Shown here one piece after another: positions 20,250 to 29,012 of a stretch of 64,000 nucleotides of DNA. The position numbers were made by a program, and so were the translations under genes. The notes beneath the pieces were generated by a model. The model was given only the letters and a program-made list of their open reading frames with translations, was not told where the DNA came from and made no database searches. Source of the stretch: Desulfonatronovibrionaceae bacterium (lineage in GTDB: Bacteria; Desulfobacterota; Desulfovibrionia; Desulfovibrionales; Desulfonatronovibrionaceae); assembly GCA_046539845.1 (NCBI GenBank), contig JBKHGE010000002.1, positions 1 through 64,000 of the forward strand, read 5' to 3'. How positions within the stretch are numbered: position 1 is the stretch's first letter; each line of letters starts with the position of its first letter.

Positions 20250-21686
20250 ATGGGTATGCAATACAACGGGCTGGAAAAGAGAGACGATTATCAGTGGGAA
20301 TTGCCCCGGCAGGGGAAGATGAATGTCCCGGGCCTTGTTTTCGCCGGGGAAAAGCTCCTGCAGGAAATGGAAAAAGGTGTATTGGAGCAGGTGGCCAACG
20401 TGGCCGTGCTTCCGGGGATTGTCCGGGCCAGCATGGCCATGCCGGACGCGCACTGGGGATACGGATTTCCCATCGGTGGGGTGGCCGCGTTTGATCCGGA
20501 TCGGGGCGGGGTCGTATCCGCCGGGGGCGTAGGTTTTGATATTGCCTGCGGCGTGCGCAGTCTGCTCGCTTTTGTCCACGAAAAGGAGGTACGCGAGCGC
20601 TCAAAGGAACTGGCAGACGAACTCTTCAGGTCGGTCCCGGCCGGTCTGGGCTCGCAGGGGGGAATAATCCTCAAGGGAAAAGAAATGGAGTCCATGCTGG
20701 AAAGGGGAGCTGTTTGGGCGGTCTCCAAAGGATACGGAACCAAGGGCGATTTGGAACGCATAGAGGAAGGGGGAAGGGCGGGGGGAGCCTTGGTGGAATG
20801 TGTCTCCAAAAAGGCCCGGGAAAGACAGAAAAAAGAGATGGGCACTCTGGGCAGCGGCAATCACTATGTGGAAGTCCAGGCTGTGCGGGAGATATTCGAT
20901 GAACAGGCCGCCCGGGCCTTCGGCCTTCGGATGTCCGACTGCGTGGTAAGCATCCACTGCGGCTCGCGGGGTCTTGGACATCAGATCGGCACCGACTACA
21001 TCCGGGAGATGGGCCGGGCCGCGAAGGAAAACGGTATTTATCTCCCGGCCCGGGAACTGGCCTGCGCCCCGATCCACTCCCCGGCTGGCCGGGACTATCT
21101 CGGGGCCATGCGCTGTGGGATAAACTGCGCTTTGGCCAACCGCCAGATTATAACCCATCTGGTCCGGGAGGCCTTTGATCGGGTCTTTCCGGGCACTGAA
21201 CTTTCCCTCTTGTACGATGTCTCGCACAATACCTGCAGAGAGGAGAAGCACCAAGTGGACGGGAAGGAGCGCACCTTGTTCGTTCACCGCAAGGGGGCCA
21301 CCCGGGCTTTCGGACCCGGATACCCGGATCTGCCGCCTGATTTTATGCACATCGGCCAGCCGGTGCTTGTCGGCGGGAGCATGGGCACATCCTCATATGT
21401 CCTGGCCGGAACCACCCGAGGCATGGAGCTTTGTTTCGGATCGGCCTGCCATGGAGCGGGCCGGAGCATGAGCAGGCGCCAGGCCCAGAAGACATGGCCG
21501 GCCCGGGATGTAATCCAGACCCTTCAAAATAAAGGCATCGAGATCCGGGGTCATTCCATGCGCGGTCTGGCCGAGGAGGCCCCGGGGGCATATAAGATAG
21601 TCGAGGATGTGGTCCAGGCCTCGGAAAACGCCGGTCTGGCCCGGAAAGTGGCCCGGCTGGAGCCTCTTGTATGCATCAAAGGATAG
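20250..21686 (+). CDS. rtcB: RtcB-family RNA ligase (archaeal-like long form)
   Basis: MPDAHWGYGFPIGG, GFDIACG, GTLGSGNHYVE, HCGSRG, HRKGAT, SACHGAGR, EEAPGAYK; start may be 20256. Confidence 0.95.
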   Translation: MGMQYNGLEKRDDYQWELPRQGKMNVPGLVFAGEKLLQEMEKGVLEQVANVAVLPGIVRASMAMPDAHWGYGFPIGGVAAFDPDRGGVVSAGGVGFDIACGVRSLLAFVHEKEVRERSKELADELFRSVPAGLGSQGGIILKGKEMESMLERGAVWAVSKGYGTKGDLERIEEGGRAGGALVECVSKKARERQKKEMGTLGSGNHYVEVQAVREIFDEQAARAFGLRMSDCVVSIHCGSRGLGHQIGTDYIREMGRAAKENGIYLPARELACAPIHSPAGRDYLGAMRCGINCALANRQIITHLVREAFDRVFPGTELSLLYDVSHNTCREEKHQVDGKERTLFVHRKGATRAFGPGYPDLPPDFMHIGQPVLVGGSMGTSSYVLAGTTRGMELCFGSACHGAGRSMSRRQAQKTWPARDVIQTLQNKGIEIRGHSMRGLAEEAPGAYKIVEDVVQASENAGLARKVARLEPLVCIKG

Positions 21687-21714
21687 GGATAGGTTTTTCA
21701 ACAGGGAGGCGGAG

Positions 21715-22467
21715 ATGAAAGCGGTATTTGTGGGTGTTGGCGAGGCCTTTGACCAGAACAGGCCGAATACCTCGATTCTTTTGCAGTCGGGAGGGATGAG
21801 TCTTATTTTGGACTGCGGCTTTTCCGCACCTGCCGGCTTCTGGAATCTCTGTCCCCATCCCCTGGATCTGGATGCGGTATGGATATCCCATCTGCACGGG
21901 GATCATTTCTTCGGCCTGCCCCAGGTCCTGCTCCGCTTTTACGAGCAGGGGCGGGAAAAGGCTCTGACCGTGGCCGGGGGGCCGGGCCTGGAAAAGAGCG
22001 TCAAGTCCGCCCTGGATCTGGCCTATCCCGGGGTGCGGGAAAGAATAAAATACCGCATCGACTTTCTGGAAGTAAGTCCGGGGGCTCACTTTTCCCTGTC
22101 CGGCTTTGCCTGTCGCACGGCCGCGGTCACCCATGCCGTTCCCGCTCTTTCTCTGCGCGTGGCAGACGGACGCGCTTCGGTTTTCTACAGCGGGGACGGC
22201 CGGGCCACGCCGGAGTCGGCAGCGTTGGCCGAAAAGTGCGATCTGATAATCCATGAAGCCTTTGGGCTGGACCCGGTCAAGCCGGATCACGGCAGTGTAC
22301 GGGAGAGCATAGATTTCGCTGTGCGGGCAAAAGCGAAAACCCTGGCCCTTGTCCATGTGCAAAGAGATGTCAGACGGGAAAAGGAACAACGCATACGGGA
22401 ATTGCTTGTCCGGAACTCGCATCCGCGAATCATATTGCCCGAAGCCGGGGAAGTCCTGGAAGTATAG
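21715..22467 (+). CDS. RNase Z-like metallo-beta-lactamase hydrolase (short, apparently without the flexible arm)
   Basis: LDCG, SHLHGDH, later H, YSGD, HE and LVH motifs; GGAGG RBS; 28 bp after rtcB. Confidence 0.82.
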   Translation: MKAVFVGVGEAFDQNRPNTSILLQSGGMSLILDCGFSAPAGFWNLCPHPLDLDAVWISHLHGDHFFGLPQVLLRFYEQGREKALTVAGGPGLEKSVKSALDLAYPGVRERIKYRIDFLEVSPGAHFSLSGFACRTAAVTHAVPALSLRVADGRASVFYSGDGRATPESAALAEKCDLIIHEAFGLDPVKPDHGSVRESIDFAVRAKAKTLALVHVQRDVRREKEQRIRELLVRNSHPRIILPEAGEVLEV

Positions 22468-22529
22468 AGGCTTGAGAAGGACAGAGTCCGCTTCAAACGT
22501 CGGGGGATCACATTTGTCCGGGACTGGCC

Positions 22530-23021
22530 ATGAAAATGGTGACGAATATGAAGGAATTGTTGGAAGCGGGCGATATCCGCGGATTTGAAACCCGGGACAT
22601 GGACACTGTCCTGGACATCTGGCTCCGGGCCTCGATCCGAGCCCATGATTTTGTGGACCGGGAATTTTGGGAGGCGAGACTGGAAGATGTCCGCGATCTG
22701 TATATCCCGGATTCCGAGACGTACGTGTATGAAAAAAGCGGGGAGGTCCGGGGGTTTTTCAGTCTGGAAAATTTTACCCTGGCCGCGCTTTTCGTCGCCC
22801 CGGACTCCCAGGGTCGGGGTATTGGCAGGTGCCTGCTGGACAGGGCAAAGTCTCTTCGGATCAGGTTGACCCTGACTGTATACAAGGAAAACCGGAAAAG
22901 CGTTCGCTTTTATGTCCGAAACGGTTTCGTCCGCACCAGGGAGAGGGTGGACCCGTACACCGGCCACAAAGAGCTTGTGCTAGAGTACACCGATAACAGA
23001 AAAACCGTTGCGCGGTCTTAA
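22530..23021 (+). CDS. GNAT acetyltransferase (YiaC/YjaB-like)
   Basis: AHDFV...FW, LFVAP..QGRGIG, LTVYKEN...RFY.RNGF; start may be 22536 or 22548. Confidence 0.88.
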   Translation: MKMVTNMKELLEAGDIRGFETRDMDTVLDIWLRASIRAHDFVDREFWEARLEDVRDLYIPDSETYVYEKSGEVRGFFSLENFTLAALFVAPDSQGRGIGRCLLDRAKSLRIRLTLTVYKENRKSVRFYVRNGFVRTRERVDPYTGHKELVLEYTDNRKTVARS

Positions 23022-23053
23022 TGGGGACCGCCCTGTTATCCAAACTAGCCTTT

Positions 23054-25522
23054 TCAGGCAACTCTGCTGGAAATTTTTCCCTCAAACAGCCTCCAGGTGT
23101 CCAGAAAGGCGCGGTCCAAGCTTCTGACTCGGGCGTATTCACGGGCCTTTCTGCCCATTTCCTTCAATCTGCCTGGATCACCGGCCAGAGAGACGATTTT
23201 TTCGGCCAGTTGCTCCGGATCGTCGGCCGGGACAATCACGCCGGTTTCTCCGTCGATAATGTTTTCCCGGGGACCGCCGCGATCGGTGACAATCACCGGA
23301 ATGCCTGATGCCTGGGCCTCCAGGACCACGTTTCCGAAGGTGTCCGCGCCGGAGGGGAAGACGAACAGGTCTGCACCAGAATAAGCCCGAACCAGGCTTT
23401 CGCCGCTCAACTCGCCCGGGAAAGTTACTTTCAGTCCGGCGCACACCTCGTGCATTTCTTGTCTGTACGGTCCGTCGCCAACGACTTCAAGGCTCAGGCC
23501 CTCGATCCGCCTGCAGGCCTGGTCGAACGCCTCGGCCAACACATCCAGGCTTTTCTCCCTGGAGATCCGCCCGACATAGATAAGGCGCGTGTCTGTGCGT
23601 TTATTCTTGTGCTCGCACTTTCCGGGATAAAAGCGCTTGCAGTCCACACCTCGGGGATAGATCACGATCTTTTCCGGGCTGACCCCAAGCTTTTCCACTT
23701 CTTCGGCCGCGGCTTGGGAGGGAGCGTAAACCATCTCCATCTGGCTGTAGTACCAGCCCATATACCGCCGGGCTGCCTCTTCCAGGCTCCCGTCCCCGGT
23801 CATGCAGAATACGAAATCCGGGAAAGAGGTGTGGTAGGTGCCGTGAATGGGGATGTGCATGTTTTTGGATATGGCCAGGGCGGCCAGACCCATGGGACCT
23901 GGAGTGGCGGAGATGATCAGGTCATAGGCGCTGGTAAAACAGTGATCCATTATCTCCAGAAGCGGTGGACAGTGGAAGTTGAGTTGCGGGTATTCCTCCA
24001 ATTTGAAGGTGTGCACCGGGGCAAAGGATTTTATTCCCGGCCATTGTTCTCTGCCGGGCAGAGTTGATTTTTGTTCGCGGTCTTCGGATCCGTAAACGCT
24101 GCAATGCAAAACAGTCATGTCCTTTCCAAATTTTCGGGCCAGTTCCGCCTGTCCCCGAATGGTCAGGGCCACCCCGTTAACCTCCTCCAAGGTGTCCGTG
24201 AAATGGGCGATTCGAAAGCCTTGATTGTTTTCATCAGGCTTGTGCAGGAATTTCTGCCTGCATCTACCGGCAAATTCCCGCTCGCGGGAGAAAAGTCCGT
24301 AGGAGATGAAAAACGGGGCCAAAAGTGTATACAGGGAGCCAGAGGAGCCGATTGTCTTAAAGATATCGAAGAGCCGGGCGTTTTTCAGGTCTTCCAATAT
24401 TTCTCGGGACAAATGCGCGGTGATGCGATTGGAGGCCTGGGATACGAATTCCTGCCAGAGTCTGTCCCGGTCCGGGGCCTTGTCCGGTTTGTTCCCGGCC
24501 GCCTGTTTGAACCGGACGGTGTTATGAATAATGTCGTCCGCCTCCTTCAGGAATAAGTTCTGGATCAGATCGGTGTCCAGCAGCCGGAAATAAAGACTGG
24601 ATTTGCGCTGTGCCCAGGCCTGTTGGAGTTTTTGCAGCAAGCTGACCCGGCTTGTCCCGCCCGGAGCGAGCAGATTGTGGGTAAAGCGGAAAAAAATAGA
24701 TTTTTTAAGCGGCTGGGAGCAGTCCTTGGACAGGTAGAATTGATAGGCTATGGAGTATAGATTGCGGGCCATGGAGAGTGGTGTGTTCGATTCTCCGGCA
24801 AAAAGGGGTTTCTTTTCTCCCAGGAGCCGGAAAAAATCCACTTTGTTCGCGGCCTCAGGCATCTCCGTATACATGCAGGCGATGTTCAGACTGGAATGAT
24901 CGTCCGAGCCCCCGATCAGGCCTTTCTCCCAGGGGGCGCTCCCGAACGGCTCTATTTCGTGTTTGTTTGCAAGCCTTTCCACGTCTCCCCGGGAGAGTTC
25001 GCCGATTATCCGGCGCAGACAGTTGTTCTGGGAGACATCGCGACTGCCGTTCAACTCAAAATAATTAAACAAAAGCAAAAATTTCTCAATGTGCTCCAGG
25101 GTCAGTTTGTCGTTTACGGAAAACAAAGGATGGGCCAGGGCGTGGGCGATATTTTGGTTTCGTAGATAAAGGATCAGGTCATGAATGTTTTCCCGAATCT
25201 TGCCGAATTCGTGGTGGTCTTTTTCACTGATGTCCCAGGCCAAAATATGTGCCTTGCACCCGTCTTTTGGAAAATAGGTAGTTATCTCTTCGCTTAAAAA
25301 GGTGTTATCCAGATGGGCTATTTCCAGAGCGCCATTGATGCGGTTGTGGTCGGTGATGGTAACCAAGTCCATCCCCTTCTTCCTGGCGTCAGTGTATATA
25401 TCCAGGGGCTCGGTGAAGCTCTCCGGGCAGCCGATTTTTTGCAGAATCCATTGCGAAGGGCGCCTGGAATACTTGGAATGCACATGCAGGTCCGCTTTAA
25501 GCGAATTATGTCCATTTTTCAC
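23054..25522 (-). CDS. PHP-domain / family 4 glycosyltransferase fusion
   Basis: N-terminal DLHVHS, TITDHN, AHP, GGSDDH (PHP); C-terminal NGVA, YVGRISREK, FPSGADTFGNVVLEAQASG (GT4); GTG start after AGGAGG. Confidence 0.88.
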   Translation of the reverse strand: MKNGHNSLKADLHVHSKYSRRPSQWILQKIGCPESFTEPLDIYTDARKKGMDLVTITDHNRINGALEIAHLDNTFLSEEITTYFPKDGCKAHILAWDISEKDHHEFGKIRENIHDLILYLRNQNIAHALAHPLFSVNDKLTLEHIEKFLLLFNYFELNGSRDVSQNNCLRRIIGELSRGDVERLANKHEIEPFGSAPWEKGLIGGSDDHSSLNIACMYTEMPEAANKVDFFRLLGEKKPLFAGESNTPLSMARNLYSIAYQFYLSKDCSQPLKKSIFFRFTHNLLAPGGTSRVSLLQKLQQAWAQRKSSLYFRLLDTDLIQNLFLKEADDIIHNTVRFKQAAGNKPDKAPDRDRLWQEFVSQASNRITAHLSREILEDLKNARLFDIFKTIGSSGSLYTLLAPFFISYGLFSREREFAGRCRQKFLHKPDENNQGFRIAHFTDTLEEVNGVALTIRGQAELARKFGKDMTVLHCSVYGSEDREQKSTLPGREQWPGIKSFAPVHTFKLEEYPQLNFHCPPLLEIMDHCFTSAYDLIISATPGPMGLAALAISKNMHIPIHGTYHTSFPDFVFCMTGDGSLEEAARRYMGWYYSQMEMVYAPSQAAAEEVEKLGVSPEKIVIYPRGVDCKRFYPGKCEHKNKRTDTRLIYVGRISREKSLDVLAEAFDQACRRIEGLSLEVVGDGPYRQEMHEVCAGLKVTFPGELSGESLVRAYSGADLFVFPSGADTFGNVVLEAQASGIPVIVTDRGGPRENIIDGETGVIVPADDPEQLAEKIVSLAGDPGRLKEMGRKAREYARVRSLDRAFLDTWRLFEGKISSRVA

Positions 25523-25694
25523 GGCATTCTCCCTCCTTGAATTGTTGTGTTTGCCTTGATTTACCAAAAATAGATAGGCGGGCTCGGTTACAGAAAGATT
25601 TCCCGTGGGTTACAAAAAGGAAAAATTTAGGGGCAGCTCAAGGTATTATGGATTGGGCAGTAGAAAGGGAGAGAGTTGAAGTGGATAAGGCCGG

Positions 25695-25725
25695 AAAAAA
25701 GCCCGGCCAAAGGATTTGGCCGGGC
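25695..25725 (-). terminator. rho-independent terminator of the tct operon
   Basis: GCCCGGCCAAA/TTTGGCCGGGC stem with a T6 tail on the minus strand. Confidence 0.8.
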
Positions 25726-25750
25726 CGGTTTTCGGAAGAAGGGCTTTTGG

Positions 25751-27247
25751 TCACACTTTGGACTTTTTTAACTCGGAGATGATTGTTTTGACGATGACTA
25801 TGACCGTGAGCACCATCAAGGCCATGGCCACCGGTCGGGTGAAGAATTTGAACGGATCGTGCTGGGAGGAGATAATGATCTGCTGTAGATTGGTCTCCCA
25901 GATCGGGGCCAGAATGAATCCGATGATCAGGCTTATAAAGGAGAAATCGAATTTGCGCATGAAATAGGCCAGAAAGGCGAAAAAGAGCATCAGTTTTACG
26001 TCGAATATGTTGTACTGGGCCAGATAGGAGCCGATAAGACAGGTGAAAATAATGATTGGATACAGAATAGGCGGAGGGGCTTGTACCGCCCTGCAGAAAA
26101 GCCTCAAGCCCATGCGCCCCACTCCGAGCAAAAACACATTGGCCAAAATCAGGCTGCCGAAGATGGTGTAGATAAACTGGGCGTTGTCCTCGAACATCAA
26201 AGGGCCGGGGATCATCCCATGGATAATGAATGCCCCGATGAGCAGGGCTGCAGCCAGATTGCCCGGAATGCCTAAGGTAAACAAGGGAATCAGGCTCGCC
26301 CCGAGCACGGCGCTGTTTGCGGATTCGGAGGCGGCTATGCCGTTTAGTTCGCCCTTTCCGAAGTCTTCCGGGTTCTTGGCGTTCTTTTTGGCCCGGTCAT
26401 AGGCGAAAAATGAGGCCACCGGCGCACCCAATCCGGGCATGGAGCCGACTACCGTTCCGGCTACAGAGGAGCGCAGTATCGTTTTTACCGTCCCCAGGTA
26501 TTCGCGCAGGGAGACTCGGCGGTCCTCGGGGTTCTTGGAGAACTCCAGCGGCTGCCGGGGGAATTTTTTATTCAGGATTTCTTCGAGCTGGACAATGATC
26601 TCCGCGAAAGCCAACATGCCTATGCCCACCGGGATAAGGGATATGCCCCGTTCCAGCTTGTACAGGCCGAAAGTCAGGCGTGGCATGGCGGACACCGGCT
26701 CGGTGCCCAACGTGGCGATAAATATCCCCAGGGCCGCGGATATCAGCCCCCGGGCCAGAGAGGAGCTGCCCAGGCCGGCAATTATGGTCAAAGCCAGACA
26801 GATAAGGGCGAATATCTCCGAGGGGCCCATGTACAAGGCCACAGCAGCCAGGGGCGCGGCCACCAGAATTAGGACTATGGTCGAAAAAGCGTCCCCGGAA
26901 ACCGAACCGTAAAGGGCCATACGCAAGGCCTTTTCGCCCTTTCCCTGCCGAGTCAAGGGGTAGCCGTCCCAGCAGGTGGCAGCAGCTTCGGGTGTTCCCG
27001 GGGTATTTAAGAGTACTCCGGAGATGGCCCCGCCGTAAAATGCCCCTTTGTTCAGCCCGACCAAAAATCCTATAGCCACGACCGAGGGCATATAATAAGA
27101 CAGCGGGATGCACAGGGCGAGGGCCATGGGGCCGTTGATACCCGGGATGGCGCCCATGAACATCCCCGCTGTTACCCCCACCAGAACGAAAATAAGATTT
27201 AGAGGCTGCAGGGCGTCAATTAAGCCGGGGACTATAAACTCAAGCAT
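25751..27247 (-). CDS. tctA: tripartite tricarboxylate transporter large permease TctA
   Basis: GMFMGAIPG, YGGAISGVLLNTPGTP, GSMPGLG, ESANSA, TLGIPG motifs. Confidence 0.93.
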   Translation of the reverse strand: MLEFIVPGLIDALQPLNLIFVLVGVTAGMFMGAIPGINGPMALALCIPLSYYMPSVVAIGFLVGLNKGAFYGGAISGVLLNTPGTPEAAATCWDGYPLTRQGKGEKALRMALYGSVSGDAFSTIVLILVAAPLAAVALYMGPSEIFALICLALTIIAGLGSSSLARGLISAALGIFIATLGTEPVSAMPRLTFGLYKLERGISLIPVGIGMLAFAEIIVQLEEILNKKFPRQPLEFSKNPEDRRVSLREYLGTVKTILRSSVAGTVVGSMPGLGAPVASFFAYDRAKKNAKNPEDFGKGELNGIAASESANSAVLGASLIPLFTLGIPGNLAAALLIGAFIIHGMIPGPLMFEDNAQFIYTIFGSLILANVFLLGVGRMGLRLFCRAVQAPPPILYPIIIFTCLIGSYLAQYNIFDVKLMLFFAFLAYFMRKFDFSFISLIIGFILAPIWETNLQQIIISSQHDPFKFFTRPVAMALMVLTVIVIVKTIISELKKSKV

Positions 27248-27291
27248 GTCTGCTCCATTTGATATCGTATTGCCTGTCCGGGTTCATTCTC

Positions 27292-27765
27292 CTAAGGAAA
27301 AGGAACCTCTAGTCCGTAGCGCATGGCTGAATATATGATTCCCACGGTGACAATTGTTACCAATATTATTGTCATCGGCCTGCGCTGGCCGCATAGGTAT
27401 TGGATCACCAACATGAAAAGGAGAGAGGCTGGAATAAAGCCTATCCATTCCATGGCCGGCATAAGCAGGATGCAGGGAATCATAAATCGCAACAGGTGCC
27501 CCAATCGGACCTGTTCCTGGGGCGCTATTTTCTGATCGGTCTTGATCCCTTTTTTCTTTTCCGCCCGATAGGTCATAAAGAGCCGGATAAGCTCAATGCC
27601 GGAAAGAACCAGCATAATGCTGACCGCAATATTGGGCAGCAGATAGGCGGGCATCCCATAGCCCGGGTATTCCGGAGTGTTGGCCGGGATGACCCAGAAC
27701 AGAAAGATAATGCAGCCCACGATCATGCCGCTGTATATGATTGTATCTCGTCTTCGTTTTGTCAT
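27292..27765 (-). CDS. tctB: tripartite tricarboxylate transporter small subunit TctB
   Basis: 4 TM helices, P..LP motif, IGFI, C-terminal LEVPFP; lies between tctC and tctA. Confidence 0.85.
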   Translation of the reverse strand: MTKRRRDTIIYSGMIVGCIIFLFWVIPANTPEYPGYGMPAYLLPNIAVSIMLVLSGIELIRLFMTYRAEKKKGIKTDQKIAPQEQVRLGHLLRFMIPCILLMPAMEWIGFIPASLLFMLVIQYLCGQRRPMTIILVTIVTVGIIYSAMRYGLEVPFP

Positions 27766-27818
27766 CTCCGTTCCCTGTCGGCCGTGCGGTACGGTCCGAA
27801 ATGCAGAAGATTTTCAAA

Positions 27819-27860
27819 GCAGCTTGCCGGGAGCCTTGGCCGGGTCTCCCGGCAAGCTGC
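27819..27860 (-). other. strong intercistronic hairpin after tctC (mRNA stabiliser or attenuator)
   Basis: 15-bp perfect stem GCAGCTTGCCGGGAG/CTCCCGGCAAGCTGC. Confidence 0.65.
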
Positions 27861-27870
27861 AGGCAGGTAT

Positions 27871-28815
27871 TTATTGCTCGGCCTGCTTCCCAAACCGTTC
27901 ATAGGCCTCGTGCATGTATTCCTCGGCGTACTCCTTGCCGAAGTCTACCGGCCGCATCTTGAGCTCGTCCGCAATGTATTTCCTAAATTCCTCGTCGTCC
28001 GCAAGCTTATCCATGGCCTTTTCCAGGACTTCCAGCCTTTCCTCGGGCACGCCCTTGGGCGCGGCCAAGACCACGAACATCTCTACTGATTCGTCCCATC
28101 CCTGTTCCCGGAGTGTTGGCACATCAGGTATCTTGGTCAGCCTTTCCGGGGTGGTGGCGGCCAGCAGGGACAATTTGTCCGCCTGGACATATTCGAACAA
28201 AATCGCGCCCAGGTGACCCAGATCGGCATGACCGCCCATGACCGCCTTGATGACCGAAGGACCGCCGGAGCTGGGCATAAGGGAAATGTCTACCTCTTCC
28301 TGTGCGGCAATGCGCTCCATCACGTCCCGGTCGTCCGAGCCCTGGAACATATAGGTTAGACCTTTGTCGTTCTCCCGCGCCCATTCAAAGGCGTCTTTAA
28401 GGGTCTCCCAGGGCCGGTCCGGCTTGCAGACAATACCGCTTTGGTTCAGCCCCAGCATGGAGATGAAGGTGAAGTCGTCCAGGGAGTAATTCACATTGTT
28501 GTGGTGCGGTGTATAGGTAAACGCTGCCGTGGCCGAGGTCCCCAGGGTGTAGCCGTTGGGCTTGGCTGCACTCAGATCGGCAGCCATAACGCTTCCGTGG
28601 GAGCCGCCGGGGTTGTTTTTTACCAGTAGGGGCTGTCCGAGCACGTCCTTGAGTTCATTGGCCAGCCTGCGGGTGAGCAGGTCGATCTGGGCTCCGGGGC
28701 CGACCATAGTCATGAGCTTGACAGGTCGGTCCGGGTAGTCGGCCGCGCCAGCTGGTTGGACTACCCACATCCCGCCCAGTAAAGCACAGAGTAAAATGGT
28801 AAGTAAGGTTCGCAT
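27871..28815 (-). CDS. tctC: TctC/Bug-family periplasmic substrate-binding protein
   Basis: signal peptide, YPDRPVKL, N.PGG, KPNGYTL, PDVPTLREQG, APKGVP motifs. Confidence 0.9.
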   Translation of the reverse strand: MRTLLTILLCALLGGMWVVQPAGAADYPDRPVKLMTMVGPGAQIDLLTRRLANELKDVLGQPLLVKNNPGGSHGSVMAADLSAAKPNGYTLGTSATAAFTYTPHHNNVNYSLDDFTFISMLGLNQSGIVCKPDRPWETLKDAFEWARENDKGLTYMFQGSDDRDVMERIAAQEEVDISLMPSSGGPSVIKAVMGGHADLGHLGAILFEYVQADKLSLLAATTPERLTKIPDVPTLREQGWDESVEMFVVLAAPKGVPEERLEVLEKAMDKLADDEEFRKYIADELKMRPVDFGKEYAEEYMHEAYERFGKQAEQ

Positions 28816-28910
28816 AACCCCTCCTTGGTCTAGACATTTTCAATACAGGACCTTTTAAATCCCTCTTCCATGCATTATATCTTTGATAAAAGCACAAAAG
28901 AGGAAAGAGA

Positions 28911-28926
28911 TATCGTTTAGGCGATA
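28911..28926. promoter_or_regulatory. Crp/Fnr-type palindrome TATCG-N6-CGATA, copy 1, upstream of tctC
   Basis: TATCGtttaggCGATA; same motif at 33834 and 34003. Confidence 0.7.
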
Positions 28927-29012
28927 GTTTTGAAGATTAAAATTTTCGCCTCTGTAATTGACTCTTGTCTGCATTCGGGATGAAGCGGAACTGCGCCGCC
29001 TTCGGCCCCGGT

